64,000 bases of DNA from Bugula neritina (lineage: Eukaryota > Animalia > Bryozoa), in assembly GCA_964035545.1 (NCBI GenBank), contig OZ037766.1:12700722-12764721 (forward strand). The letters run 5' to 3'. Positions 25,880 through 39,949 of this stretch are shown in pieces. Made by a program: the position numbers and the translations under genes. The notes below the pieces were generated by a model, which saw only the letters and a list, made by a program, of their open reading frames with translations, was not told the DNA's origin and made no database searches. Numbering within the stretch: the stretch's first letter is position 1; each line of letters begins with the position of its first letter.

Positions 25880-25945
25880 TTTTGAAATGAGCTGGGAAGT
25901 GTGACGTAACAGCGCCAGCATTCCTGCTGGTCACGTGACTATACA
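25880..25945. promoter_or_regulatory. Candidate regulatory cluster: CRE-like TGACGTAA and palindromic E-box/CLEAR-type GTCACGTGAC (25930-25939)
   Basis: Motifs visible in a locally GC-richer patch between the GPCR and the lysozyme-like array; target gene unknown. Confidence 0.3.
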
Positions 25946-27172
25946 AATGAATAACTATAGAAATATGACTGTGAGATGTAATCTTTTAGCTTGCAATTTG
26001 TATATTTATAGAAGTGCAAATGTGAATTATCTCAATCTATAGTTTTTTGACATTTTAAATTACATGTACGTGATAACATTAGGCTATATTTTGCTTGTAA
26101 ACATAGAAAAAAGCCTTGCAAAAACATGCATTCTTTAGGATGAATGCCTGCGATCGATCTAAACTAAGTCAGATTGTGCAATATCACTGGCGCACCAAAG
26201 CTGACCTATATAGCGCACTGTAACTGCTTGAGCGTAATTGGTTGATGTTGTGCCCAGCAACCTTGAATACTATAGCGTTATAGTTAGCACGTGCAGCATA
26301 GTTACTGGCGTTCACACGTCACGTATTAGGCTATTCTTTTTCATGGCTGAAAATTTTACCTCCCTCAAAATCGGAATTTTGAAAAGCTGTTTTCTAGGCA
26401 TATATCCCTTTGCAAAGCCACAATTGTTTGCATACACATTAGATTATAGTTCATAATTATAATGTGATTGTAATAAACTAAGATTGAGCAATCCTTTAAG
26501 TGAGAAATGCTATTATAAGCTGTCTGCGACAGGATACCAATAAACTCTGAAAACAAAACAAAATAAGTCTCTGTGCTATTCTAAGCAATACCAGGATATT
26601 ATTTAAAATACCTCAGCTAATCAGTAAAGTAAAGACACCCTTAGTAATTATGAGGGGCTAGGCTCTAGCAACTGGGAGGTTTTGGAGCTTGGCGAAAGTT
26701 TGCAGTTGGGTGATAAGTACATTCTAAATGGCTTTGCCAACAGTCCATAATTCTTAGAATATATTTAATAGAATTTCAAAAGTGTCAACTTGGTAAAAGA
26801 GATTTCATAACAGATAAAAGTGATTACAAATACAACTTTCTGGCCCTAATGATATTACCTCCATAGCAATTATATGTAATTGCTTTGTTACAATAATTTA
26901 GCGTGTAAAAATATTTCAATAAGCTACCAAATTCACGCTATAGTAGTGATACATTTAATTCTGGCAAATATGTTATAGGTCAAGTATCTTTAGAATGTCT
27001 TAGCTGTACAAGACAAGTATGGTTACAATTAGCAAATATATTATGAGTTTGCAATATCTGCAATAGCTTTAGCAATAGAACAAAAATAATATTTTGCAAA
27101 AAGTCCACGAAGACATTTTCCTGCTGGAAATGAATGCCGGTATTTTGCATGCCGCGAAAGATTCGTGTAGTT

Positions 27173-27669
27173 GGTTTCATTCCAGTTAGATGCTAGGCTA
27201 AATTTTCCACTTGGACACTTTCCACTTAGAAGCTTCCCAGTTAGACGAAGTTTTTTATTTTGGTGCCATAATAATGTATATAAATGTTGTATTGGTTGGT
27301 AAATAGCTAATATTATGCTAATTATAGCTATAATAGCTAATATAAAGTATTAGGAATAATAGCCCACTTTTCAGAGATTTGTGTGGAGCGGAAAAAAAGT
27401 AATACACTATTAATAGACATTATTTTTAATAAAAACTTATTAACGAAATATTTTTTTCTAACAACAAGAAGTATAGAATATGCAAAATTAATAAGTTAAC
27501 GCAGATCAAAGGAATTTATTTATGTGCTATATAGCAAACAATTGATCCAAGTTTATTTAAATATACATATATTCCAATAATATTCAAATAAATTGCACAT
27601 AAAATATATATATTGTACCAAAATAAATAAGTGGCGTCTAACTGGGAAGCGTCTATCCAGGATTACACC
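27173..27669. mobile_element. MITE (~500 bp) with TIRs built of ~15-bp subrepeats (TTCCCAGTTAGA)
   Basis: Left end GGTTTCATTCCAGTTAGA...CTTCCCAGTTAGACG, right end CGTCTAACTGGGAAGCGTCTATCCAGGATTACACC; homologous elements at 44258 and 61428. Confidence 0.75.
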
Positions 27670-27889
27670 ATGCAGTTGATGCAAGTTAATTTAGAATAGC
27701 GTCATAAAGGCTAACTAAACTCTTGTAATTTCAATAGAATTATTTATACGCCTTTGGGTATATAAAGTAATATTCCAGCATTTTAATGCGATTTAGATTG
27801 CAAGCTGCAATCTTGTAGTGCTGTCAAACACCTATTGCTTACTCTATATACCTATTTGGTTAATAATTTAGTCTGCAGGTTGCAGAAAA

Positions 27890-29166
27890 ATGAAGATTAT
27901 AACTTTGTCTATAATAATTGCTCTCAGTGTTGGACTATCAGCAGCACAGATCTCTGATGAGTGTCTCAGCTGCTTGAGACAGGTGAGAATTTCTTCTATA
28001 GTTGTCTGTATGCATATGTGTTATATGCTTTATTACAATTATTATATAGAGAAAGAATGCAACTTTTTACCAGTTTGTTATAACAATTGCAAATTACATT
28101 TATAGTACTATTAAAAAGCTCAGGGAAGTTTATAGTCACCATCCCCTTGAGAAACCTCTGGTAGGAAAGGTTTTTTAAAGACTTATTCACAAATGGCACA
28201 GGGGCAATTATGATTGAATGCTCTTCCTAACATTACAGATGGCCTTTACTGTATATCGAGCCTATGCTTTTGAGTTTGCTAGGCCATTATAGACCACAGC
28301 TGCTACCATTAAAAGATGATTTTAAACTAACCTCCAATTTCACTGTTCAACCATTGCTAATTTATTACATCATAACTATTAATTATTTTTACTAAGTATA
28401 TAAAATCATATCCTATTGAGCCTGCTATATTTAGCTTAATGAAAATTACAGAAACTACAAAAAAAATTTTTTTCTTTTATCTAGTTAATGCATTTATACT
28501 TCTGTAGTACGAAGATGGAGTCTATGACTGCAGAGAGGCATTTTTTCAAATCACTCATTGCGGGAGGTACCACATAACACCCTCATATTGGGAGGAGTGT
28601 GGAAGAAAAGGAACCAGTAATCTTATTTTTATTTTATAAACCCAAATGTACATAATAGTTCTGTGACAACTTTGATTGAAACAATATAATAAAAATAATT
28701 TTTGAAGAATAGCTTTGTTTGAATTGTACAACAGTTGCAAGTTCAGTTTTCATGGGCTTTATTTTAATAGAGAAAACACATTTGATTTTTAAGCAATCCA
28801 TTAGTGTGTTTCTGGCAGTTTAAATAATAATAAATAATGAAATTTGTAATAATAGTAGATTTCAATAATATTATAATAATTATTATAATATTGAAATCTA
28901 CTATTATTACAAATTTTATTTAAATATTTGAATGATAGTATACTATTGCAGCTTGGATTAACTGTGCCCTTGATGATCACTGTGCTTCGGATTGCGTTAG
29001 GATATACTTGAGAAAGCATGCTGCTTGGTGCGCCTTGTGGCTCAGGAAAGAGGTTCATGAGCTAACTTGTGGAGATTATGCAAGAATACATGCTGGTGGA
29101 AAAAATGGCTGCGTTAAGCCCTCAAAAGTAGCTACCAAGGAGTTTATTGACAAATGTATGGAATGA
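27890..29166 (+). CDS. L1: secreted i-type (invertebrate/destabilase) lysozyme-like protein
   Basis: Exons 27890-27982, 28508-28616, 28952-29166: MKIITLSIIIALSVGLSAAQISDECLSCLRQ|YEDGVYDCREAFFQITHCGRYHITPSYWEECGRKGT|TWINCALDDHCASDCVRIYLRKHAAWCALWLRKEVHELTCGDYARIHAGGKNGCVKPSKVATKEFIDKCME*; signal peptide, CLxC, CGxxxI, YWxxCG, CxxDxxCxxxC and CxDYARIHxGGxxGC motifs; TATA-like at ~27760. Confidence 0.85.
28115..28303 (-). mobile_element. tRNA-derived SINE in L1 intron
   Basis: Reverse complement of the same SINE family (ATGCTCTTCCTAACAT...TAGACCACAGCTGCT on +). Confidence 0.75.
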
Positions 29167-31096
29167 AGCAAAGTTTATGAAACTTATAAGCTATATTTCT
29201 AAAATTTAACAATATAATATTATTATTTCACTTCTTCATCTAAATGGTATTTAAATAAAGTTTTATGATCAAAAGTTATCATAAAATGCTATTGATCGAG
29301 ATTTCATCTGTACATAAGGCTTTGTGCTGTAAACTTTGACTGCAACAAATTTTGCAGAGCATAAGCTAAAATATTAAGGAGTACTGTTTCTGTATGCTAA
29401 ATAAAGGCCGCAAAAATTATTGCAATGAACACCTAAAATATAATTCTTAAAGCTTTGGCTTTGATATAGCAACAGAATGGTATACCTGTTTCTTATAGAT
29501 ATAGTATTGTGCGACATATAAATGTGCAGAGGCTAAGCATGTGATTTTACTTCCAATTAAATTGTTTACTACCGGTACTTTTAATATATTACTCAATTTT
29601 CTACTTTATAGTTGAAACTCTATGCTGTAGTAACTAATGCATGTAAAATAATTAAGAGAGAGCATATAGATATTCAAAATATTTTTCTAAAAGCTAATAG
29701 AAACTGGCTTCTGAATTTAAAATTTGCTGCCATATTTTAAAAATATCTCCTCAAAACCTTAATTGTATGCTACAAATTACATTCAAGTGTAAAAATACTA
29801 AAAAAAATAAATTTATCAGTTTAATTTGTAAAAATGCAAATATATTTTCTGCCAGTATGTAGCAAGCTTAGAATTATATATAGTAGGGATTATGGAATAC
29901 TAATATTATACTCAGTGGCTAACTTGTATAAGATCAAAATCCTAAAGAAATGATATTTATAATCTGCTTTAAAGATTGTAAGCAAACATTTATGAAGTCG
30001 TTTGTTTCTATAATCTGTTAGTGTAAAGTATTGTTATATAGAACTTTGTAATAAGATTTGTCTCGCTACCAAGAATTGCGTAAATAATAAGCCACTAGTA
30101 CTGAACTTAAAGAGAAGAATAATCTGGTGCATTCATGCTGCTTGCAATAAACAGGGTGCATAATATAGTATGCGTGCGGCTATATATTTAGCATCAAAAA
30201 TTTCTCAAACTATAGTGCCAGATTCCATAATTTATGTGCAAGTTTGCTTTCTCATGTAGGTTATCACCAACTCTTTTCTACAGATAACTAACTTTAAAAG
30301 ATTTCAAAATTAAATAATTAAGCTAAATAACAAAATTAATTCAATTCACATATAAATAAGCGTTTTTAAACTCAATACAAATACAAATTATATAAATATA
30401 TGAGTCATATATAATAAACGACATTGCAAACAAAATGGCAAATTTTCTCTGTGAATAAAAACACTTTGGTTGGTGGAGGGCATGTCCATATATATGTAAA
30501 TAAGATAGTAAATTGAAAATATAGGTAAAAATCGCAAAGACATAGGCCTACAGAAGATATACACTATTTAATTATTTATGATGATGAAAAATATAAAATT
30601 ATGAAACTGCACCATTCACAGCTACATAACTATCACATTGCAATGGCACTTCATGATATTAGTTTGAAAACAATACATTAGTTTGCTGTATTATAACTGG
30701 TTGAATATTCCTTGCCAAAGTTGATGCTTTAGAACAGGTTGTAACTACAGAGTATATAGATGTATTCTATTGGCTAGGTAAAAGAGTTAGGCTCCACCCT
30801 ATTATGCAATATAAAAGGGTTACTCTACTTCCTACACTTTCGACTTACTGCTTGGTAAATATCGTGAGTTTGAACTATTTAATTTTAATTGCGTGATTAG
30901 AGGTGTCTGTTTCCTTCTTTGCAAAACATTTTTCAACAAAATCTTTTTGTTTGGTTAAAGTAAATATTTTGCTTTAATTCTGCAATTTTCCTACTTGTTA
31001 AAATTATTAGCTATACATTATATTGATATTTCTATGTTCGAAAGTTAATTCATTTTTACCTTTAACAGGTTGTTGTTTCAAATTCACTACATAAAC

Positions 31097-32042
31097 ATGA
31101 AAAACAAGTGTTTGTCTTTTGCCCTATTGTGTCTGACATTTGGCACCATCGGTGCTCAAGTGGATGAGAAATGTCTAAGTTGTTTAAGACAGGTAAGTTG
31201 TAAATAAATGCTTTATAATAACTCTAGTTCATTTTACGTAATTGAATAATTATTTTCATTACGCTGTATTTATATCATATTTTAATGAAGATAAACAGTT
31301 TCTTTTTCAAAATTATTATCTATTTTAATTGTAAGCTTAATTTGTCTACCAGGTATAAGTAAATAAAGTACAAGCTGTGCATACAATGATTTGCAAACTT
31401 TTCTTTTCCAGTCCTAAAACTAAGGCACTTAACCTATTAAACTATTATTTCTTCTGTGCAACTGTTTTTGTAGTATGAAAATGGACCAAGAAATTCATGT
31501 TCCCATAACTTTATCACCAAAACCTCATGCGGTATTTACAAAATCTCTGAGCCTTTCTGGGTTGCATGTGGTCGCCCAGGATATTGTGAGTATGCTACAG
31601 TAAATGTACTATACCGCTCAGTAAAGTAAAAGCTGGTTTATAGTCAAACCAATTAGAATAGTTTAAAATCCTAAGATTTATTGTATAATCAGTGTTATGT
31701 TCTTGTTTTATCTATTCTATTTTGTTTATGCAAGAAATATACCCAAAAGTATTACTTTTATTTATAGTAAGTGCACAGTGAATAACTCTCAAAAACTGTA
31801 ATGTTTTAGCATGGGGACACTGCACTACTGATAGTAAATGTTCAGCAGATTGCTTAAATGCCTACTTTAGAAGATATGCTAGCAGATGTGCTAATATGCT
31901 CAAAAAACCTGTTTCTGAACTTACCTGCGCTGACTACGTAAGACTGCACCACGGACCTGATGGCTGCGGCATGTCTGCTAGCCTTCGACACTCTCGTGCA
32001 ATCACCAACTGCCTGTGGCCTGCAAACATGTTTAGTAGTTAA
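31097..32042 (+). CDS. L2: secreted i-type lysozyme-like protein
   Basis: Exons 31097-31192, 31474-31585, 31810-32042: MKNKCLSFALLCLTFGTIGAQVDEKCLSCLRQ|YENGPRNSCSHNFITKTSCGIYKISEPFWVACGRPGY|SWGHCTTDSKCSADCLNAYFRRYASRCANMLKKPVSELTCADYVRLHHGPDGCGMSASLRHSRAITNCLWPANMFSS*; TATAAAAG at ~30810. Not called in the ORF track. Confidence 0.85.
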
Positions 32043-34589
32043 AAGAAATATTGCCAACAATTTTGACTGATGCTTAATTCAAGCCTGCTGTGTTTTACCT
32101 AATACTGGACGATTAACAAAAACTTGAGTAAAATATAAAACTAAATTCAGTTGATAACCATTGTTTCTGGTACTGAAAAGTAATAATCAACATTAAAGTG
32201 AATTTAGCTTATTGTATTTTTATTATTGATTGAAAAATAATAAACATCAATAAAATGTACTTTGTTTTATTTCAATAGCTATTTTGTAATCTCAAATAAT
32301 TTTACTCTATCAATCATTGTGCAAACTAAATTTAAACAATCCTATATTATATTCTACAACTTGCTTTAGCTGTAAAATACATTCTTTTACAAAACATGAA
32401 TGTTCCTGGATTACGTCAGCATAATTTAATAATATAATATGTTACTAATAATATTACAGAGTGTACATAACGAAAAGAAGAAGCGCAACAACATGTGCCT
32501 AAAAGTACTTTTGGATCATATAATTTGATATATAAATAGTATATCTAAGAGAAACAGTGCTGCATTATTAGAAACTGCATAACAAATGCAAGTATAGTGC
32601 ACAGAATGTCACGTGATTAACTGTCTAAAAAAATTTATAAAATATGAATCATAAGCAAATGCCACAATTCTAAATACCTGATATTCTAGTGAGCACTACC
32701 AAAATTTTTAATCTATATTTGCAGAAGCTCAAAAACACCTACAAATATAAAAACATACTTTTAAAATGCACATACGCCGACCAATAGAGACTTCACTGCT
32801 ATGATACAATAAGCAAATTTGAACTCATCCAACTTTGCAAATATTTTGTAAGAAAATGCTTTTATACAAGGTTTCTATCTTCTATTACAGCTTCTTTGGC
32901 TACAATACAATAAGTACCCATTGGCTAGGTGCTGAGAGTTGTATTTTTCAATGGTGGTTTAGAGATGTTACAAGCACTGCTCCTGTGTCTTGCTTTACTG
33001 TCCATCGTTTTGCTGTTTTATATTTTATTTATATAATTTGTCAAAAAAAATGCATGCATTGATAAGCAGCTAATTGAATAAGATTTTGGTTACTGTTGGC
33101 TACAATTTGCATTAACTACCTACATGCTGTTGTAAAAGGAATCGGTTTGAATATTGTAAGCATCAGATGTTGAACAATGCTTTGCCATTTGGTAATTCTT
33201 AAGAAAATTTTTGAAGTGTCATGACTTGCATCATGTTGGTGCACAATAACAAGAACTAGGAACTTATGGGAGTCAAAAGCTCTTGTTATACAGACATTCA
33301 AACAAGTATTTAATTGCATATTGCAAGGTATCGCTTATAACAGCTACTGCTAATATGAAAACCTATTCAGCGTCACCAGAATTAAAAGAGATTTGTTCCA
33401 GAAAAGTTCAAAATAGCCCATGAAATGTTGTTTAATCGGGAATTTGCTAAAATACAGGCGTCTGTTTTGGAAATATTTACTACTTTCCTACAAACAAGTT
33501 AAAATAAGCTTCCCTGCTATTTTAATGTGTTAAACTGGCATATAAAAGAAACTAATGCTATTTGTATTTTTAATGCATTTAGACGTTGAAACATTTAGTA
33601 TCTAAGCGCTAATATTTATATAGCTGCACCTGAAGTCTTTTGAAACTTGTAAAATAACTCAGCAGCTTATAAAACTCTGGCACAAATTTGTAAGCAGCAT
33701 AAATCTGGTATTAAAAACTCAAAGCTACCAATTAATGCAAGCCATTGCACCTTTAAGTAAATGAAATAACCTAAATACTGAGATTGAATTTGTTTCAGCA
33801 TGCCAAGCTGGCTAATAATCACATAATTCTGTAACAAATTTAACAGCAAATGCAAATTGCAGGGTGAAAAATACTAATAAAGTTCACTTAGCAATCTATT
33901 TTACTAAAATAATATTTTGCTGGAATGTTCGCACCGTGTTCTATTGGCTATAGTACTATGGCAAAATAAATTACTATTACAATACTATGTTTACTAAATT
34001 TAAAAGTGAACAGCACTACTGTATCACGTGCACCCTGCTTGTTAAAAGAATCAACAGATTGGTGTCTTGTGGAGGAATAGATATTCAATCTATTTCCAAA
34101 TGTTCCTTGTAGGCCTTACCAATCATGATACTGAAATGCAATTTCAAAACATAGAAAGATAAATAATTTCATGAACATTAATATGTATATTAACTGAAAC
34201 AGCTCAAAACAAATATATGCAAATGTCACAACATTTTATAATTAGTCAAATGTATAAATAAACAATAGATCACAAAAAAGTTGTTACCTTTTCCTCCTTT
34301 TAGGCGAATGTGATATAATTAACCAAATAGCCTACAAAACAATTTCAAACTGAATAATAATTTCTATAACACCATTTGTTCAATTATAGTAGGCATCTGC
34401 TTTTTCTGTTGCTGATATTTTATATGCTTAAAGCTAATTATTGAGCTGCTATCAGCTATAAAGCTAGCTTTCAATAAGGGATAGCTGTCATTATAGCTAT
34501 AAGAAAAACTGTCATTTATGGAACTTATGCTCCTACTGATTATACACTTTACAACTACCTTAAACTGTCTGCACGACGATTTCATTCAC

Positions 34590-35260
34590 TGTATAACTCT
34601 GATGATTGACTTAGTGGTGTCTAAAATATTAGTGTACTTTGATAAATGAAACAATAAACAAATAAAATGTTTTTTGTTTACTTATTAAACGATCTGCCCT
34701 GAAACATCTTGTAAACAAACATATGCAAGAGAAACGGGGCATTGCCTATCATACGAAATCAATGAACTCTGCAATGACTTAAATTCACAAAAACTTTACT
34801 AATATGGGAGCATATCTATAGACAATGCAATAGTTTAGATCAAGCCTAGGAATCCACAATCATAAATTAGCTGAAGCGCTCTACATTAGACAAATAAAAC
34901 CTCAACTTAATATACAAAATTACTCCTTACAGTTGAAACTATACCAATAAATTTTTATACTAAATAACTTCCACTGATCTATCACAAATGTTGTTGCTTT
35001 TCTGTATACATAGGCCTATATTTTTTGATTTTCGAATCTTATTCATTTTTATATAAAGAGTAAAGTATAATATTTTTATTTATGTAATATTTAAAAACTA
35101 TATTATTTTCCTTGGAGATAACTGCCACTCCTTTACCAATTATGCCACACATACAGATTAACATAACATCAATGTGACTTTTGAATTTTATTAAATGTAC
35201 AACTCTGAAGATGGGCACAGTGATGTCTGAAATATTAGTTGACTTATTTTAATCGTTTAC
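34590..35260 (+). mobile_element. Degenerate Penelope-like retroelement 3' fragment (GIY-YIG endonuclease remnant between two short repeats carrying hammerhead-like motifs)
   Basis: Translates as ICPETSCKQTYARETGHCL (C..C...YIGETGR-like) and KLAEALYIRQIKPQLNIQNYSLQLKLYQ* (34864-34950, LEALxIxxxKPxLN-like); related repeats at ~34595-34633 and 35200-35241. Confidence 0.7.
35200..35241 (+). ncRNA. Minimal type I hammerhead ribozyme motif (Penelope-type)
   Basis: CAACT-CTGAAGA-T-GGGCA cagtga TGTCT-GAAA-TATT-AGTTG: stem I CAACT/AGTTG, stem II with G-U pairs, palindromic AATATT in place of stem III. Confidence 0.6.
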
Positions 35261-35745
35261 CTATTTTTGATATACAAATATATCTATAAATAACAAATAT
35301 GTATATAAGTATATATAATGTATAGATAAAAAAGTATAAAAGTATATGTATCCATGTATACCTTTTAAGTTAATACATAAATTTATATAGAAAAATAGGC
35401 AAAAAAGTCTTTTTATTATTATTGTTGAAAGATGAGAAACTGCTAGGAAAACAAATGAATTTTATTTTTGCAAAGGGAATATATTTTATCAGGGTTGAAA
35501 GGTCATTTGACCAAATGGGAAAACTTAGCTGATTAGTCAGTTTCAAGGCAGTTTATTGGATAGCTGTAGAAACAAGTTCCGCCCAGTCTTTATTCTATTT
35601 AAAAGAGCTTAAGCTTAGTAGTAAATACTCTAAAGGCACTGCATTTTACTTTACGAATCAAGGTTCTGTAAGTTGCTAATTTACAGTAATTGTTTAACGA
35701 TAAAACAGGTTTCAAAATAACGTTTCACTCTCAACAATCATAAAA

Positions 35746-37140
35746 ATGAAAAGATTTCTTGCTGCCATTTTACTTTGTATGGCTCTTGGAGAGGTAGCTG
35801 CTCAAGTGGATGAGAAATGTCTAAGTTGTTTAAGACAGGTAAATTACAGATGGGATTTTTGTATAGCAAGCAAACCTAATTAGACTTTATGTATTTGAAT
35901 GTTATCAATCATGATGCTGAATAGTTGGTATTATTATTGGGATTGTTAATTAACAAAGCAGCATAGTTATTTCTACAAAAAACTACCAGCAGTGTTTAAC
36001 TCTACTTTGCTTTATTGTCAGTGCTTTCTTTTTGCTAGTATGAAGATGGTCCAATTGACTCATGTTATACATCCTTTGGTACCAAGATTGCCTGTGGAGT
36101 TTTCCACATCTCTAAGCCATTCTGGGTTGCTTGTGGAAGTATAGGATACAGTAAGTCAGCTACACTCTGTTATATTTAGTCGTACTTGGTTATACTTGAT
36201 AGCTTGATTATACTTGGTTACTTGATAATTATAACTAATAGCTTGATTATACTTGATTATAATTGATTACTTGATTATACTTGATTATACCTGATCACTT
36301 GATCAATCAGTGTGTAGTATAGGGTAAATATTTTGCTACAATATTCTATAGAAGCAATATAAGAATGATTTACATGCACATAATATTGCTTTTACTTGAT
36401 CTTAGTTGGGTGGTCATTCTAAATACATTGTATTTGAGTTTAAAGACGGATGGCAATTTGAAACTTCTTTCTATATCTAGATATCATAGCAAAACATAGA
36501 TTTTGATGCGTTCTACATTTTTGAAGTAAGGATTTTTACGTATTTTTCATATGTATGTCTAGTATTTTCTTTGCTGTAAGTTTAAATCTGTGCCAAACTA
36601 TAAACTTTGTTCCTATTACTTAAGTTTTGAATTCAGATGTGCTAGTCATGATGATAAGCTAATTGGCTTAAAAATTAATTTGCTTTTGTTGAAGCACGAG
36701 TTAAACACAATTAATTTGTAAGCTTGCTAATGTGTTTATTCGATAACACAAAAGCCCCATAGCGCACATCTTTTTAATGTCAAACTATAATTTTGCAAAC
36801 CTAATTTTTTTGCTTGTGTAACTTTTGGTTTAAGTATGTAGCCAATATCCACTGCAGCTGCATAGTACGTAATTGTGATTACTTTCTAATGTTTTTTTTA
36901 GACTGGGAGCGATGTACTCAAGATGAGTTTTGTGCTGGGGAATGCATACAAAATTTCTTCAGAAGGTTTGCTAGCAGATGTGCCCATCAGCTCAAGAAGC
37001 CTGTTTCTAAACTTACTTGCGCTGACTATGTAAGACTGCACCATGGAGCAGATGGCTGTAGTATGTCTTCTAGCCTTCGACACTCCCGTGCAATTAATAA
37101 CTGCATGTGGCAAGATAACATGTTTGCTAAAAAGAAGTAA
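35746..37140 (+). CDS. L3: secreted i-type lysozyme-like protein
   Basis: Exons 35746-35838, 36039-36150, 36902-37140: MKRFLAAILLCMALGEVAAQVDEKCLSCLRQ|YEDGPIDSCYTSFGTKIACGVFHISKPFWVACGSIGY|NWERCTQDEFCAGECIQNFFRRFASRCAHQLKKPVSKLTCADYVRLHHGADGCSMSSSLRHSRAINNCMWQDNMFAKKK*. Confidence 0.85.
36183..36305. repeat. Degenerate ~10-bp tandem repeat (CTTGATTATA)n in L3 intron 2
   Basis: Visible; a shorter degenerate counterpart lies in the L4 intron (~40410-40490). Confidence 0.7.
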
Positions 37141-38814
37141 TTAACCAAATACTTAGTTGATTTTCAGTTCAACTTACTAGCTGAAGTCTTATATGGGTAA
37201 TTATGATTACTTTTTGTGGCAGTTAACTTACCATATCATACATGGTAAGTCCATTACTTGAGAAAATAGATGTTAGCATTTTATGATGCTTGCTATTTTT
37301 TAATAATATTATTATCTAATTAATTTTCTCAACAATAAATAAAAAGTTTTAAACTTTCTGATAAGCTTGCATTGTTTGTTCCCCTAAGTTGTTTATACTT
37401 ATCACAAAGAATTATTATGGCAATATTTCAGTTTATAAGTGAAGAGTTTTTTATAAGTTGTAACCTACATGTATATAGCTATTCTCTCACAAGAAATAAA
37501 GTTGCCATAACCCTTTAATATTACCATTCGACCACTGCTATGTTTACAAAAATATTTTTATATGACAACATGATTACTTACTAATACAGCGATATACTCT
37601 TTTTTTCAATATAAAACATTTTTGCATTCATAGCTGCAACATACTTCAGCTATTTCAGCTTTGAGTATGTTAGTATTTTGGTCATAAAAAGGAAATCAAT
37701 ATAATAAATAATAAACTATAAATATGAAATAATAAACAACAAATTAAAAAGAAAGCATAATTTACACTAAATTTTTTAAGTATATAGATAATAGAGTTAT
37801 GAACTTCCAGTTAGAATTGTAGTGAGCAAAATTAATGACTAAAATGTAAGTTTTAAATAACGAATATATATTAAAGTCATATTCATAATTAATTGGAAAC
37901 CAAAATTAAAATTTGTTGACGTTAAAAACCTACTTCAGTGCAGAAACTATGCTGCTCTCTTAAACTATCAAAAGCTAAATAGCTTCTTATGCCAACTCAT
38001 TTAGTTTTACGGCATTTTCTACATTTATTTTTAAAAGTTTACATCTCATATAATTGTAGCTATCATCCTATTAGTTTTGTCAGTCAAATTATGTGCATGA
38101 CTAAATAGCCAAGAGAAGAAGATATTTCGAACACCAGAACTTAAAATTAAATGAACTTATGCTTCAGTATGTTGAATGTGATTTTTAAGATAAAAAGATA
38201 AAAGCCTGTGCAAGTAAAATTATATTAAATTATTATAGCAACTATAATATTTTAATTACCGACCAATAGTTCAACAAAGCTGTAAAATGTACATTATTGC
38301 CATAAGATATGCCAATAATTTAGCAACTATAACATAGTCACAATTTCCAAGCATGTCATATATTACGTCAGTGTATGTACATCACTAAAGCTACTGCATG
38401 CAGTGTTATTATTGATAATTCTCACTTGTGGAATGCAACATTAACCTGGAGTTGGTTGCAAAACGCTACTTTTATGTAAAATAAAAACAACACCAATTTC
38501 ATGCAATAAAAAGAAGTCATTTCATTTTACTGAAAGTTTGCGGTGCATTTCATGAGCTGAAATGAGTAGTATATGAAAGTTACCAGATAGCTATATTTGT
38601 AAAATTTTGTCAAACTATTACTGGGGGGGGGGGGGGGAGGGCTAATGAGGCATGATATTTTGTCGTGACATCATGTTTTACACAAATCTATGAATTTTTT
38701 TGCTGTCAGGTATTGTTTGTACACTCAGTATAGGCAGCACCTTTTACTTTTTCAAACAAAATGAGCTCAAATTGTGGCATTAAAAGGGAAAGCTATCTAG
38801 AGAGAAAAATAGCA

Positions 38815-39520
38815 GCAAAAGTTAACTTGCATGGGTATATAAGGACTCCATCAAGCTATTATTATTATTGATATAGCATAGTTACTACTAAAACCTACAT
38901 AGTAAGATGATTTGGGGAACCACATTGGTGATGGGTGCAACTTGACTTTATTTCTACGAAGAAAAGCACCTATGAACCCGGACATGCATTAGCATTGCAG
39001 AGAACAATGGAGAATTACATATGGGAGTTCACAAGTGCATAATATTAATGCAAGATGGTGCTCCATACCATACATTAAGGATCATCAGTGAAATTCTTAA
39101 GAAGAGAAAAGCTACAGCCCTGGAGTAGTCACGAAACAGCCTTGACCTGAAATTCATTGAAAAGTCGCAAAATGTTTTCAAAAACAAGATAGTAGAAAAA
39201 CAACATGGAAATCATGAAACAATGAATGAAGCCATAAAGACAACGTGGGTTTAGACTTTAGAGTATGTCCAAGAAATACTACAAAAGAGTAATTGAGAGT
39301 GTGCCTAGACGCCTGGAAACTGTGATAAAAAATTAATGGTGGTCATATATATTAAACTTTTTATGAGAAAACAGGTTTTTTCTGAGTCCCTAAATACATA
39401 ACAACTTAACTACCACTGCTTTAATTACAGAATAAAAGTGCTATTACAAGCATAATGATAACTTAACTCCAAACTGCAAACTATCACTCAAAGGTGGTCC
39501 TAAACTTTTGCAAATGACTA
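38815..39520 (+). mobile_element. Tc1/mariner (DD34E) transposase pseudogene fragment with 3' TIR remnant
   Basis: MIWG (38907), QDGAPYH (39051), LE*SRNSLDLKFIE (WPxxSPDLNPIE-like; D at 39054 to E at 39159 gives D34E), IESVPRRLETVIK; stops and frameshifts; TIR-like CCTAAACTTTTGCA...ACTATA at ~39500-39520. Confidence 0.8.
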
Positions 39521-39949
39521 TATATATACAGTATATACAGCATATTTAGGCCTATATAAACTTCTTTTTAGCAATTTATTCAAATGCATATATTTTTATT
39601 ATTATTGTTAGAGAATGAGGAACTGCTAGAAACATATGATATTTAGATTGTGCAAATTTAAACATTTATCAGGGCTGAAAGGTCATTTGACCAGATGGGA
39701 AAACTTAGCTACAATTAGTCAGTTTCAATGTAGTTTATTGGTTGGTTGTAAAAGCAAGCCCTGCCCAGTCTTTATTCTATTTAAAAGAGTTTAAGCTTTG
39801 GTAATTAATATGTACTTCTAAGTAAGTTGCTAAAGGTATTGCAATTTTACTTTTACTTTTTCAAAATTCAGCTCTTTGCTATTTTACAGAAATTATTTGC
39901 CAATAAAACAAGTTTCAAAATAACATTCTACTCTCAACCATCGCAAAAG

